Below are positions 21,964 to 31,726 of a DNA stretch of 64,000 bases, one piece after another (within the stretch, counting starts at the first letter, position 1; each line of letters begins with the position of its first letter). A model generated the notes under the pieces. The model saw only the letters and a list, made by a program, of their open reading frames with translations. It did not search any database and was not told the DNA's origin. This stretch comes from SAR116 cluster bacterium AG-325-I21 (GTDB taxonomy: Bacteria > Pseudomonadota > Alphaproteobacteria > Puniceispirillales > Puniceispirillaceae), in the NCBI GenBank assembly GCA_003282865.1, contig QBYK01000002.1:14562-78561 (forward strand). The letters are read 5' to 3'. Position numbers and translations under genes: made by a program.

Positions 21964-23256
21964 CTAGCCAAAGACACGTTCAAAAATTGTATCGACATGG
22001 TGAAAATGCTGGTCGAGATCGAAAAGAGCGTCAAGTTCGTTAGGGCTAAGCTTTGCGGCAACATCGCTGTCGGTCTTCAGTTTATCAAGATAGCTGCCGC
22101 CCTCTGCCCAGATTTTCATCGCATTGCGCTGAACAAAGACATAGGCGTCCTCTCGGCTAACCCCTTTCTGAGTAAGCGCAAGCAATACTTGCTGCGAATG
22201 AACTAAGCCGCCGAGTTTGTCAATATTCGCTTGCATCGCGTCTGGATAAATCAGCAGATTTTCAATCACATCAGCGAGGCGGTAAAGGGCAAAATCTAAG
22301 CCAATTGTGGTGTCTGGGCCAAACACACGCTCCACCGATGAATGCGAAATATCACGCTCATGCCACAATGCTACATTTTCAAGTGCTGGTACTACTGCTG
22401 CTCTGACGATGCGGGCAATACCCGTCAGGTTTTCAGTCAAAACCGGATTACGCTTATGCGGCATTGCCGATGATCCTTTCTGCCCTAAGGAAAAAAACTC
22501 TTCTGCTTCGCGAACTTCTGTACGCTGCAAATGTCGAATTTCGGTTGCAAGTCTTTCAACTGAACTTGCGACGACCCCAAGGGTGGCAAAAAACATTGCG
22601 TGTCGGTCGCGAGGGATCACTTGGGTAGACACGGGCTCAATTACTAGGCCCATTTTGGTAGCAACATGTGCTTCAACCGATGGGTCAATATGCGCAAAAG
22701 TGCCAACTGCTCCAGAAATTGCGCAGGTGGCAATCTCTCGCCGGGCAGAAACAAGTCGATCACGGCAGCGGTTAAATTCCGCATAAAAGCTGGCAAGTTT
22801 TAGGCCGAAAGTAACTGGTTCAGCGTGGATGCCATGACTGCGGCCAATGGTTGGCGTGCGTTTATGTTCCATCGCACGCCGTTTTAGCCCGGTTAGCAGC
22901 CTGTCGATATCGACAATCAACAAATCTGAAGCTCGTGCCATTTGGACTGATAAGGTTGTGTCAAGAATGTCTGATGATGTCATGCCTTGATGAACAAAGC
23001 GTGCGTCCGTACCGATATGCTCGGCCAAATTAGTCAGAAAGGCGATAACGTCATGTTTGGTCTCTCGTTCAATCTCCTTAATACGATCAATCTCAAAGGT
23101 GCCTTTTTTCCAAACTGTCGCTGCCGCTGACGAGGGTATTACACCTAATTTGGCCTGGGCGTCACATGCGTGCGCTTCAATTTCAAACCAAATTTGGAAT
23201 TTGCTTTCCTCGGACCAGATATTGCTCATTTCTGGGCGGGAATATCGCGAAATCAT
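21964..23256 (-). CDS. purB: Adenylosuccinate lyase
   Basis: [31 protein letters not shown]. Confidence 0.97.
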   Translation of the reverse strand: MISRYSRPEMSNIWSEESKFQIWFEIEAHACDAQAKLGVIPSSAAATVWKKGTFEIDRIKEIERETKHDVIAFLTNLAEHIGTDARFVHQGMTSSDILDTTLSVQMARASDLLIVDIDRLLTGLKRRAMEHKRTPTIGRSHGIHAEPVTFGLKLASFYAEFNRCRDRLVSARREIATCAISGAVGTFAHIDPSVEAHVATKMGLVIEPVSTQVIPRDRHAMFFATLGVVASSVERLATEIRHLQRTEVREAEEFFSLGQKGSSAMPHKRNPVLTENLTGIARIVRAAVVPALENVALWHERDISHSSVERVFGPDTTIGLDFALYRLADVIENLLIYPDAMQANIDKLGGLVHSQQVLLALTQKGVSREDAYVFVQRNAMKIWAEGGSYLDKLKTDSDVAAKLSPNELDALFDLDQHFHHVDTIFERVFG

Positions 23257-23362
23257 AATATTAATACCTTTTGCTTAAAATGGGGCTAGGTTGTACCATT
23301 CGGACGCGCAAAAAGCCAGCGCATAACAAGCTATTGTGCCTATTTTGGCTGGAGGCATCTAC

Positions 23363-23569
23363 ATGCTGTTTCGTCGTTTTATTTTTGGGGTGTTAATGCG
23401 GGCTGCTCAAAATCCTGTAGTGCAAAAAAAAGCTGGCGAGGTGGCTGGCAATGCTTTACGGCAAGCACGGCCATCATTGCTGCGCGCGAGCAGAAGGGCG
23501 GGTGAATTGACGCGTAAGGCAAAACAGAAAATGTTTGATGAAAAAAAAAGCGCTGAGGAAAATAAATAA
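23363..23569 (+). CDS. Small basic hypothetical protein
   Basis: ATG preceded by GGAGG. 68 aa with protein-like amphipathic composition, filling the gap between purB and map. Confidence 0.6.
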   Translation: MLFRRFIFGVLMRAAQNPVVQKKAGEVAGNALRQARPSLLRASRRAGELTRKAKQKMFDEKKSAEENK

Positions 23570-23769
23570 AAAGACCAAATTGTTAGCGGATGAAGAAAAG
23601 TACACTTCTTTAATTTCTGATTGACCAAGCTTAGACAACGGATCTTTTAAGTCATTCATATCAGTCTCTGACCTTTTTACTGCCTACTCAGTCAGAAGAC
23701 TTAATTTAGAAAGCTTTATTCAATATGCCACAACCAAACTATTCAACTGTGGATGGTTGGGGGGGCAAA

Positions 23770-24558
23770 TTACCCGTAAGGTGGCCTGCTGAAGCCTGCC
23801 GGCGATAAGGTAAAAATTTCTGCCTCGCCGTCGGTAATGCCGATGGAATGTTCAAACTGCGCAGATAGGCTTTTGTCACGAGTTACAGCGGTCCAGCCAT
23901 CATTGAGGATTTTAGTTTCGGCCCGCCCAGCGTTGATCATTGGTTCGATGGTAAAGATCATTCCTGGTTCTAGCGCCATCCCGCTACTTGGTTCACCATA
24001 ATGAAGAACGGTTGGGGCTGTGTGAAATACTTGACCAAGCCCATGGCCTGTAAAATCGCGAACAACCGAATAGCGGCATGCCTCCGCATATGATTGGATA
24101 GCATGACCAATATCACCAAGGGTATTGCCTGGCTTTGCGGCGTCTATGCCCCTTATCAAACAGTCATAGGTCACCTCGATTAGTCGCCGGGCCTTCACAG
24201 ATGGAGTGCCAACATAAAACATGCGTGATGTATCACCGTACCATCCAGCGAGAATAACCGTGATATCAATATTCAAAATATCGCCATCCCGAAGTGTTTT
24301 TTCTCCGGGAATTCCGTGACATACTACATGGTTTAGGGAAATGCAGGTTGACTTCGGATAACCTCTATAATTTAGTGGTGCCGGAATGGCATTATGCGCC
24401 AATATAAAATCATGGCACAAGCGGTTTAGATGTCCGGTGCTGACACCGGCAGTTACATGCGGCGTGATCATATCCAAAACTGTGGCGGCCAGATGGCCGG
24501 CTCTGCGCATTCCGGAGAAGGCTTCAGCACTGTGTTTAATAACCGGTTCTCTGCGCAT
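23770..24558 (-). CDS. map: Type I methionine aminopeptidase
   Basis: VVCHGIP, DITV..GWYGDTSR, GHGLG, FTIEPMIN, SAQFEHS. Start at MRREP after GAGG. Confidence 0.96.
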   Translation of the reverse strand: MRREPVIKHSAEAFSGMRRAGHLAATVLDMITPHVTAGVSTGHLNRLCHDFILAHNAIPAPLNYRGYPKSTCISLNHVVCHGIPGEKTLRDGDILNIDITVILAGWYGDTSRMFYVGTPSVKARRLIEVTYDCLIRGIDAAKPGNTLGDIGHAIQSYAEACRYSVVRDFTGHGLGQVFHTAPTVLHYGEPSSGMALEPGMIFTIEPMINAGRAETKILNDGWTAVTRDKSLSAQFEHSIGITDGEAEIFTLSPAGFSRPPYG

Positions 24559-24773
24559 TGTGACCTCTCTTAGAGCTATGAGGTACCGACTAAAGAAATG
24601 TGAATTCTGGTTTTGCTTATGCGTTTGGAATAGCATATTTTGCTAGTTGGGAAACCCATAAACTCAAAAAAATGCTGGTATTGTTTGTCTCCCCCATATA
24701 GCCGTTTGACAGTTTCAGCATATTTAAGCAAAGTGCCCCCAAAATTACTGCCGCTATTTCAAGGTTATTCGCT

Positions 24774-25568
24774 ATGTCCTTTTCCCCTTCAAGTCACGGA
24801 TCAATTCCAACCGCCGCTATTGTTGTAATTGGCGATGAGATCCTCTCAGGTCGCACCAAAGATAAAAATATTGGCTGGCTTGCCGATCAGTTGGGTGCGT
24901 TGGGTATTAAATTAGTTGAAGCGCGGGTTATCGCTGATAAAAAAAATATCATTATCGATACGGTGCGCACATTATCCAATGCTTATGACCTTGTCTTTAC
25001 TAGCGGTGGCATAGGTCCAACACATGATGACATTACAACAGACGCAGTGGCAGCTGCCTTCAATGTACCGGTCATCCGCCACCCTGAAGCCGAACGTCGT
25101 CTGATTGCCCATTACAAGAATACGGATCTAGAATTTAATGAAGCCCGGCAAAAAATGGCAGATATTCCGGATACAGCAACGTTGATTGACAATCCGCTGT
25201 CGGCTGCGCCTGGCTATATTATCGGTAATGTTTATGTCTTGCCAGGGGTGCCAACAATTCTGCAAGCTATGTTCCAAGGTGTAAAAGGTAAATTGCCTGG
25301 TGGAGTTGTGTTGACGCGCATTACCGTTCAATGCTCTACCGGCGAAGGCAATATAGCAACAATCCTTGCCGATGTTGAGGCCAAGTATCACGGTGTTAGC
25401 ATTGGAAGCTATCCCTACATGAAGCCGGGCCATTTTGGAACTGCAGTTGTTTTAAGTGGGCTTGATGATGGGCTTACCACCAAGGCGGCCAAAATAGTTA
25501 TGAGAGAAGTGAGGGCTTTTGGCGCCGATGCTGATATAGTGAATGCTGATGGCACCGTTGCCAAATAG
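24774..25568 (+). CDS. CinA-like molybdopterin-binding domain protein
   Basis: IGDEILSGRTKD, SGGIGPTHDDIT, LPGVP, IGSYP. Confidence 0.88.
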   Translation: MSFSPSSHGSIPTAAIVVIGDEILSGRTKDKNIGWLADQLGALGIKLVEARVIADKKNIIIDTVRTLSNAYDLVFTSGGIGPTHDDITTDAVAAAFNVPVIRHPEAERRLIAHYKNTDLEFNEARQKMADIPDTATLIDNPLSAAPGYIIGNVYVLPGVPTILQAMFQGVKGKLPGGVVLTRITVQCSTGEGNIATILADVEAKYHGVSIGSYPYMKPGHFGTAVVLSGLDDGLTTKAAKIVMREVRAFGADADIVNADGTVAK

Positions 25569-25586
25569 GGTACCTATTACTTTATA

Positions 25587-26432
25587 TTAGCCCCAGGGGC
25601 CTTTTGGTGGTTTCTGATTTGATGGTGGAACAGAGCTGCGGGCCGCTTGCTGCGCTGAACGTCGAAAACGTTCGCGGGCCTCTTGCTTTACTTCTGAAAA
25701 GCTTATGGGCTGACCCGACCATGTTTTTGGCAGTTGGCCTCGGTCAAACAGGGATATGTGACGTTTTTTGAAAAATGGGATTAACACAACACCTGCCACA
25801 AAACCCCCAATGTGTGCCATATAAGCGACGCCTCCCCCAGTCCCCTGAAAGGCTTGAGGTGCAGCGGCAAATTGAAGGCCGATCCATCCGCCCAGAACTA
25901 GCCATGCCGGTAAGTTAATAAAACGAAAAAACACTATAATGACCAAAAGGCAGCGTACGGCAGCTTTTGGATGAAGTATCAAGTAGGCGCCCAGAACTCC
26001 GGCGATTCCGCCAGAAGCTCCAACCATTGGAATGGATGATGATGGATTGATTGCAGCTTGTGCCAAAGCGGCGGCAATACCGCATAAAAGGAAGAACAGA
26101 ATAAAACGAAATCGTCCCATTGCATCCTCCACATTATCGCCAAAAATCCACAAATAAAGCATGTTACCACCAAGGTGTAACCAGCCTCCATGCAAAAACA
26201 TTGATGTAATAATTGTTGTCCATGCCGGCACAAGAATTAGTCTGGTGGGTAGAGTATCGCTCTGAAATACAATGGTAGGCACAAATCCAAGCTGATATAA
26301 CGCAAGGCGTGCTGGGACATCATCAAGTGATTGCTGCCAAAAAAATACAATAATACAGGTGGCCATCACCATCCAAACAATAAGTGGGCGCCTGCTAGTG
26401 GAGTTTTCATCAAAAAGTGGGAAAAAAAGCAT
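25587..26432 (-). CDS. Rhomboid family intramembrane serine protease
   Basis: SMFLHGGWLHLGGNM, catalytic GASG, AHIGGF. Confidence 0.93.
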   Translation of the reverse strand: MLFFPLFDENSTSRRPLIVWMVMATCIIVFFWQQSLDDVPARLALYQLGFVPTIVFQSDTLPTRLILVPAWTTIITSMFLHGGWLHLGGNMLYLWIFGDNVEDAMGRFRFILFFLLCGIAAALAQAAINPSSSIPMVGASGGIAGVLGAYLILHPKAAVRCLLVIIVFFRFINLPAWLVLGGWIGLQFAAAPQAFQGTGGGVAYMAHIGGFVAGVVLIPFFKKRHISLFDRGQLPKTWSGQPISFSEVKQEARERFRRSAQQAARSSVPPSNQKPPKGPWG

Positions 26433-26671
26433 GAATGGTATCCCAAGGTTGGCTAGTGAACGGCCTTATGGCAATTTAACGCGAGTTAGAATAAACGGCA
26501 AATGGCTTTGAGCGCAAAATGTTCCGGCAAAGCTAATGACGAGCGAGAGTTTGGAGGATGCCTATTCTCTCGCCGTGTTTCTGCCGGAATTGAAATAAAT
26601 GGTGAAGGACATAACGGAAGGAAATTAGAGCCATGTTAAGACATTTGGGAGGTTTTGCGACAGAGGTGTCC

Positions 26672-27888
26672 ATGGCATCTCCTCGATTCGCTTTACGGTT
26701 GATGATAATGACAGCGTTATTTTCTATGCATTGTTTTCTATCACCATTCACTCAAGCAGCAACATAAATCATGCTTGATGAAGGGTATGAAGTAAGCTTC
26801 GATATTGGCAAGTTTGATACTGAAACATTCAATATGCAAATCACCAATTTTGAGGTTTTCAAAAACGACAAACGTTATTGGAATGCTGATGCAATTTTGT
26901 TGGACACAATCCTTTTACCGGACGGACGGACACTAATTGTAAAAAACTTGAAAACCGATAGCTTTGTCTCGTCAGTGAATAAGCTAAAACTTGGAAGCAT
27001 TATTTTTCGCAACGTCACTCTGGATAAATATGACCACTTACTAGCGGGTGAAATTGGTTCGCTTGTAGATCATGCAATTAATAATGCTTATTTGGGCATG
27101 TTTGATTTTGAGGCGCCAATAAACGGTAGTGCTGAATATTTCACCTTGTTTCAATCCATTGAACTGACCCCTGTTCGGCGAACAACCATGCCGTCGGGAA
27201 GCAGTTATCTTAATCGAATTGGAATGCGTGGTGTTACCACGATCACACACCATTTATTGTATCATCAAAATAAGGTTCAACAGAGTGACAAGATCGCCGC
27301 GGATGAACTTGTCGGTCAGCTGAGCTTGCAGAATTTTGACGTGGCCTTCGATATAGAAAATGTTTTGATAGAAGATAGTGGGGTTATGCGCTCCGAATTG
27401 AGTGGGCATATCGATATCAAAAACCATTTCAGTGTGGATATTGAATTTGATGCTGAGGTTTCACTACCAGCATTCTGGGTAGTCCTTCATAATAAAGATT
27501 TGAACACTATTTTCACTCGTGAATTTGGTGATACCTTTACTCGAAGTTTTTTTCAGTCTGATGCTGCGCTCTCTAGGTTAAGCCTAGGAATTAGGGATTA
27601 CGGGACTTTTGACAGGCTTTTAAACCTACATGCCGAACAGTCTGGACAATCGGTAAGTGCAGCAACTGAAGATATTTGATCAAAAATTGATGAAGGGATA
27701 AAAAAAGTATACCGGATGAAGGACTGCGCTTTTTTCCGGCCTTGGATAGGTTCTTGGACCATGGCGGTCAACTTTAAATTTCTGCTGCTCCCAAAGCGCC
27801 AGTGCCGTTTTTTTTAGTTGCCAGCTATTTACTTATGCTTGCAAGCGCTATCAACCAGCTGAATGTGACAATTGAACAGTTGGATTAG
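26672..27888 (+). pseudogene. Disrupted exported protein of unknown function
   Basis: RBS GAGG plus ATG 26672 encodes a signal peptide (MASPRFALRLMIMTALFSMHCFLSPFTQAAT) in frame with the 26771 ORF but cut by TAA 26765-26767. Further lesions: TGA 27677-27679, a frameshift near the A-run 27700-27706 and TAA 27775-27777. A protein-like C-terminus (ISAAPKAPVPFFLVASY...LNVTIEQLD) ends at TAG 27886-27888. Confidence 0.72.
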
Positions 27889-27998
27889 AATTATTTTTAT
27901 CTTCTCGCTGGATTTATGAGTTGGTTAGGATAGGTTAATAGTATAATTGGCTCAAAAGTACGGGTCGCATTTTTTAGTAAGGTCAAGGAAAAGTTCAA

Positions 27999-28535
27999 GT
28001 GCCAGCCGGTTCAATTGATTTTGGTAAATATATTGCCAGCTACCGCAATTTTCCCAAGCCGGGAATTTTATTTCGCGATATCAGTCCACTGTTAGCATCA
28101 AGCAAAGGGATGAACTGTGCAATTGAGCAACTTTCTGCTGAGGTTGCAGGGTTGGAATTAGACCTTGTTGCTGGGATAGAATCGCGGGGCTTTCTGTTTT
28201 CTACCCCGCTCGCGGTGCGGCTTGGCATTGGATCAATGATGATCAGAAAGCCTGGTAAACTGCCTGGAAACCTGGTCCATGAAAGTTACGATCTCGAATA
28301 TGGTAGCGCGGAATTGAGCATGCAGGCAGATGCGCCGGTGGCTGGTCGGTCGGTACTGTTAGTTGATGATCTAATGGCGACGGGTGGGACAATGATGGCG
28401 GCAAGATCGTTATTGCGGAGCTGCGGGGCGGTGGTTCCTGCCTGCGTTGTAATTGTAGAACTGGCAGCGCTTGGTGGGCGTGCGGCACTTGATATGCCGT
28501 TAATTGCCCTAAAGGTTTATGATGACTCGCGTTGA
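27999..28535 (+). CDS. apt: Adenine phosphoribosyltransferase
   Basis: FPKPGILFRDI, IESRGF, RKPGKLP, YDLEYG, PRPP motif VDDLMATGGT. Confidence 0.95.
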   Translation: MPAGSIDFGKYIASYRNFPKPGILFRDISPLLASSKGMNCAIEQLSAEVAGLELDLVAGIESRGFLFSTPLAVRLGIGSMMIRKPGKLPGNLVHESYDLEYGSAELSMQADAPVAGRSVLLVDDLMATGGTMMAARSLLRSCGAVVPACVVIVELAALGGRAALDMPLIALKVYDDSR

Positions 28536-28941
28536 CTTAAAAACAACATTACTTTTTGTCGCCTTGAAGAACGAACCACCCCGACGATTGGTGTTGGGTT
28601 GGCAGCCTGTCAATAGTAGAGTCGGCAAGATGAATGCCGCCATCACACTCTGCGCTGCGCTGGTATCCTACAGGCTTAAGCGGGCAGTGGAGTATTTTGG
28701 TGCTGTGGTGTTGCGGCAGGGTTTATTGGGCCAACGTTGTATAACACGCTTTCAGTAACGGGATATGAAGGCCTTTGTAATGGATAAAGTCTGTCATCAA
28801 AAAGGTATTGAATTTCACTGTTTTAAATTTATTTCAGATAATGCCAATGATGCTGCTGCTGAGAATTGGATCCAGCAAATGGTGCTTGGTGCTAGATTGT
28901 TATCCTAAGAAGTTCTGAGGAATCATCGTCAAGTTAGGTAA
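28519..28941 (+). pseudogene. mtnN: Decayed MTA/SAH nucleosidase-like (PNP_UDP family) gene
   Basis: VAL..E and (G)VGKMNAA, then TAA 28756-28758 and in-frame continuation DMKAF..KVC....F.CFKFISDNAN..A..NW. The central part of the fold is missing. A second stop lies at 28906-28908. Confidence 0.75.
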
Positions 28942-28946
28942 TCTAA

Positions 28947-29564
28947 ATGGCAAATTACATATCTTTGTTACGCATTTTCTTGCTTTTCAGTATTCTTTTT
29001 GGGTTCCTAATAATAACAGGACCTGCCATGTCATACGAAGAGCCAAAATATACCGTTGTGAGCGAGACGGATACGTATGAGGTTCGGCGTTATAAAAATC
29101 GAACCGTGGCGGAGGTCAATTTTGATAGAGATAAGAGTGGATTTAGAGTCCTTTTTGATTATATCTCTGGAGCCAATCTTGGTTCACAGAAATTAGAAAT
29201 GACCGTTCCAGTTACGCAATCAGAGAAAATTGGTATGACTGTTCTCGTCCCACGCTCAAAATCGAACGGCGAGATGATCATGAGGTTCTTCCTGCCAGAA
29301 GAGTTTTCAATGCAAAATGCGCCCAGGCCGACTGATACAAGGATTCGTATCATTGATCTGCCGGAGCAGTATTTTGGGGTTATTTCTTATTCTGGTTTCG
29401 CGTCGGAGAGCAACTTTGAAAAACACCACGAAGAATTGCGAACGGTTTTGTTGAATGATGGCTTAGTTATTACCGGCCCACCCGTAAAAGCAACTTACAA
29501 TTCACCATTTACACCACCGTTTCTGAGAAGGAACGAGGCGATGTTTCCATTAGAATGGAACTAA
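28947..29564 (+). CDS. SOUL family heme-binding protein with N-terminal signal/anchor
   Basis: EEPKYTV, YEVRRY, F..LFDYISGAN, MTVPV, YNSPFTPPFLRRNE. Confidence 0.9.
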   Translation: MANYISLLRIFLLFSILFGFLIITGPAMSYEEPKYTVVSETDTYEVRRYKNRTVAEVNFDRDKSGFRVLFDYISGANLGSQKLEMTVPVTQSEKIGMTVLVPRSKSNGEMIMRFFLPEEFSMQNAPRPTDTRIRIIDLPEQYFGVISYSGFASESNFEKHHEELRTVLLNDGLVITGPPVKATYNSPFTPPFLRRNEAMFPLEWN

Positions 29565-29804
29565 TCTGTTCACCCTCAGAGATCACTGAGATTTACTGGG
29601 TCTGAGAAACACTTGTGCGCGTTGACAGTGGGTCTCTCACAAGTAAGGTGGCTGCATTCATGGATTCCCGTTGGCAATGGTGCCTCAAAGTAGCGCAGAC
29701 CTACTCCCCTTCAGCAACATTTTTGTAACACGTTGTGTGTAACCAATTGTAATGAATCACTTCATTTGTTTGCATGACGATTGGTTTGCAACAAAATGAG
29801 ACTC

Positions 29805-30394
29805 ATGCAATCGATTGTTCAACACTAGCTTGTTATAACCACGTTTGCCTTTCTTTTTACATCTCTCATCTCGCGACTTTTTATACCGCCATTGGAAATT
29901 ACCTTCACATGTGATACTGATATTTTTGTTAGTTTGCTGTTCTTGTCGCACGCAGTTCGTGTTTTGAGTGCATGGCTATTGGGTCTAAAATCACTTTTAG
30001 CAATGATACCCGCCGGGGTGACTATGGCTTTGATGGGTGATGCAACGCCGGCGCAAGGTTATGAGTTGTTTTTGCAGGTAGCATTGTTAGCCTTCGCTGC
30101 CTCGTCAGCGGTATTAGCATTTGAACTCATGACGCTTTGCAAGATAGATCCTCACCCGAAAGATACTGGTTTAATCAGTTGGCGAGCTGTCCTGTTTTGC
30201 GGTACCCTAGCATCAGTTATAAACTCACTAGGCTTTTCTTGGTTAAAGTCTAGTTTTTTGCGCCAAGCGAATTAATGGAGGTAATTGCTAGGTTTATTCT
30301 TGGTGACACTTTCGGTTTATTGTTTGGCATGACAATAACCACGCTAATACTGAGAAGGTATGGGAAAATGGCACATATTGAGGTGGAAAACTGA
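29805..30394 (+). pseudogene. Disrupted MASE1-like integral membrane protein
   Basis: ATG 29805 is in frame with the 29892 ORF but interrupted by TAG 29826-29828. Motif SLLFLSHAVRVLSAWLLG. A 1-nt loss in T-run 30254-30259 separates the last helix (RFILGDTFGLLFGM...), which ends at TGA 30392-30394 overlapping the next ATG. Confidence 0.65.
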
Positions 30395-30678
30395 TGTCAA
30401 ATCGAAAAGTTTTTGCAGGCCTCCTTCAAATCACTCAATCAATGGAATCAGATTTAGGTTTGGGTGCGTTAACACAAACCGAAAGGCTAGTTCTTGCAAC
30501 CATTGTTTTGATATCGGAGGACGGCAGAACAGATGCCCTCCTTGATGATATCAGGAGCCATAGCTTGGTCAGGACAATACCAACGCCCTCGTTTTACAGG
30601 TCAATTAAAAGCCTCATTCAAAAAGGCATCATTCATAAGGTTGGTTCCGAAAGGTCAGGAATATATAAATTAACTTAA
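30394..30678 (+). CDS. Small winged helix-turn-helix (MarR-like) protein
   Basis: 94 aa, LTQTERLVL, IPTPSFYRSIKSLIQKGIIHKVG wing pattern, RBS GAGG. Confidence 0.7.
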   Translation: MSNRKVFAGLLQITQSMESDLGLGALTQTERLVLATIVLISEDGRTDALLDDIRSHSLVRTIPTPSFYRSIKSLIQKGIIHKVGSERSGIYKLT

Positions 30679-30682
30679 TTAG

Positions 30683-31480
30683 CTAGCCTACTATCCGTTC
30701 CTTCCGCTTTCCAAGTTCCTCTAATGGGGTAACCTTCTCCATTTCCATGAACTCACACCAGAGGTTTTCTATCCGCTAATAGAATCAACAATATTACTTG
30801 GACATTCCAATGCCCTTAATCTATCTCTTGGGCTATTGATTACGAACCCTTCTATCATACTTGTTTTTAGCCGATTGTTTATGGTGGCTGACTTATAGTT
30901 GGGATTACTAAATGCGCTACGACTTTACCTGGGAACAGGCAAACACCTCCAGAGATGCCCCTTCAATGGCCCTAGACGCCGCGCAAATTGCAATGGAACT
31001 CATATCTTTGGTTCCTTTGGTTCTGAGCCTTGTCCACGCATGTAGGGTGAGATTTATATGAGGTGTTTAGCATCCGGATGGATGTCGGTTATTGCTCGCG
31101 CAAAAGCTTCTCCAAGCCTCATGCCTGTGCCACTCAGTGAGGCTGCAAGCCAGTGCATGTTATTATCAACCGGGTGGCAATCAGACTGGATGGATCTGAT
31201 GGAGTTGCTCCTTGTCTTTACCTTACCATAACCTTTACTATCATACACCAGATGTGCCGAAGGAAACGGCATTGCACTCAATCTCATTGACAGCCAATAA
31301 TCAAGATGCTGCCGCAAGACAGAATCACACATCTTATTTGCGCGATTAGATGGCTTGGTTTTGAGGCAAATAACTACTCTGTCACGCTTCTAACGTTGGC
31401 TAACATCAACATGGTACCTGCTCACTTAAGTAACCTGCGTGACACTTTTGATCGAGAAACGAGGTACAAGATTTACCTAC
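30683..31480 (-). pseudogene. Degenerate tyrosine recombinase (phage-type integrase)
   Basis: Fragments across several frames: SGTGMRLGEA (box I), PHINLTLHAWTRLRTKG, SATINNRLK...VINS-PRDRLRALECPSNIVDSISG*, GEGYP. Multiple stops, frameshifts and deletions. The 5' limit is approximate. Confidence 0.8.
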
Positions 31481-31558
31481 CATACTGTCTACCTACACTG
31501 ACTGCCGCAAATAATGTACTTGTAAAGTATTTGAGGAGTTCAATTGTAAAGCTAAAGA

Positions 31559-31643
31559 TGGTGCGGGCGGGGAGACTCGAACTCCCACGGCCTAAGGCCC
31601 ACGGATTTTAAGTCCGTTATGTCTACCATTCCATCACGCCCGC
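31559..31643 (-). tRNA. tRNA-Leu (anticodon TAA)
   Basis: Minus strand GCGGGCGTGATGGAATGGTAGACATAACGGACTTAAAATCCGTGGGCCTTAGGCCGTGGGAGTTCGAGTCTCCCCGCCCGCACCA: acceptor stem, long variable arm, GTTCGA T-loop, encoded CCA. Confidence 0.97.
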
Positions 31644-31661
31644 AAGGTCACTTTGCCTCAG

Positions 31662-31690
31662 GTGATAGCGCAGGAGGCGTGACGATGCAA
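31662..31690 (-). promoter_or_regulatory. Putative sigma70 promoter of tRNA-Leu
   Basis: TTGCAT-N17-TATCAC on the minus strand, 18 nt upstream of the tRNA 5' end. Confidence 0.5.
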
Positions 31691-31726
31691 AAGGAAAGAA
31701 TGCTTCAGAAATAAAAAACTGGCATC

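Larger units (their letters stand above)
28947..31558. mobile_element. Remnant genomic islet at the 3' end of tRNA-Leu
   Basis: Integrase relic begins next to the tRNA CCA end and is followed by visibly AT-richer accessory genes. No att direct repeat was found, so the left boundary is uncertain. Confidence 0.5.

Noticed and set aside
23474-23769. Possible radC remnant or small ORF downstream of map
   Set aside because: No RadC motifs are visible in the frames read, and the 61-aa minus ORF overlaps the better-supported plus-strand gene.
29570-29650. Short inverted repeats (CTCAGA/TCTGAG, ACTTGTG/CACAAGT) as ncRNA or element end
   Set aside because: Stems are only 6-7 bp with long loops and match no family I recognise.
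2075-30259. Homopolymer sequencing error as the cause of the frameshifts
   Set aside because: The shifts do fall in T/A runs, but the same genes also carry substitution stops, and more than 50 kb of core genes with similar runs are unaffected. It cannot be fully excluded without reads.
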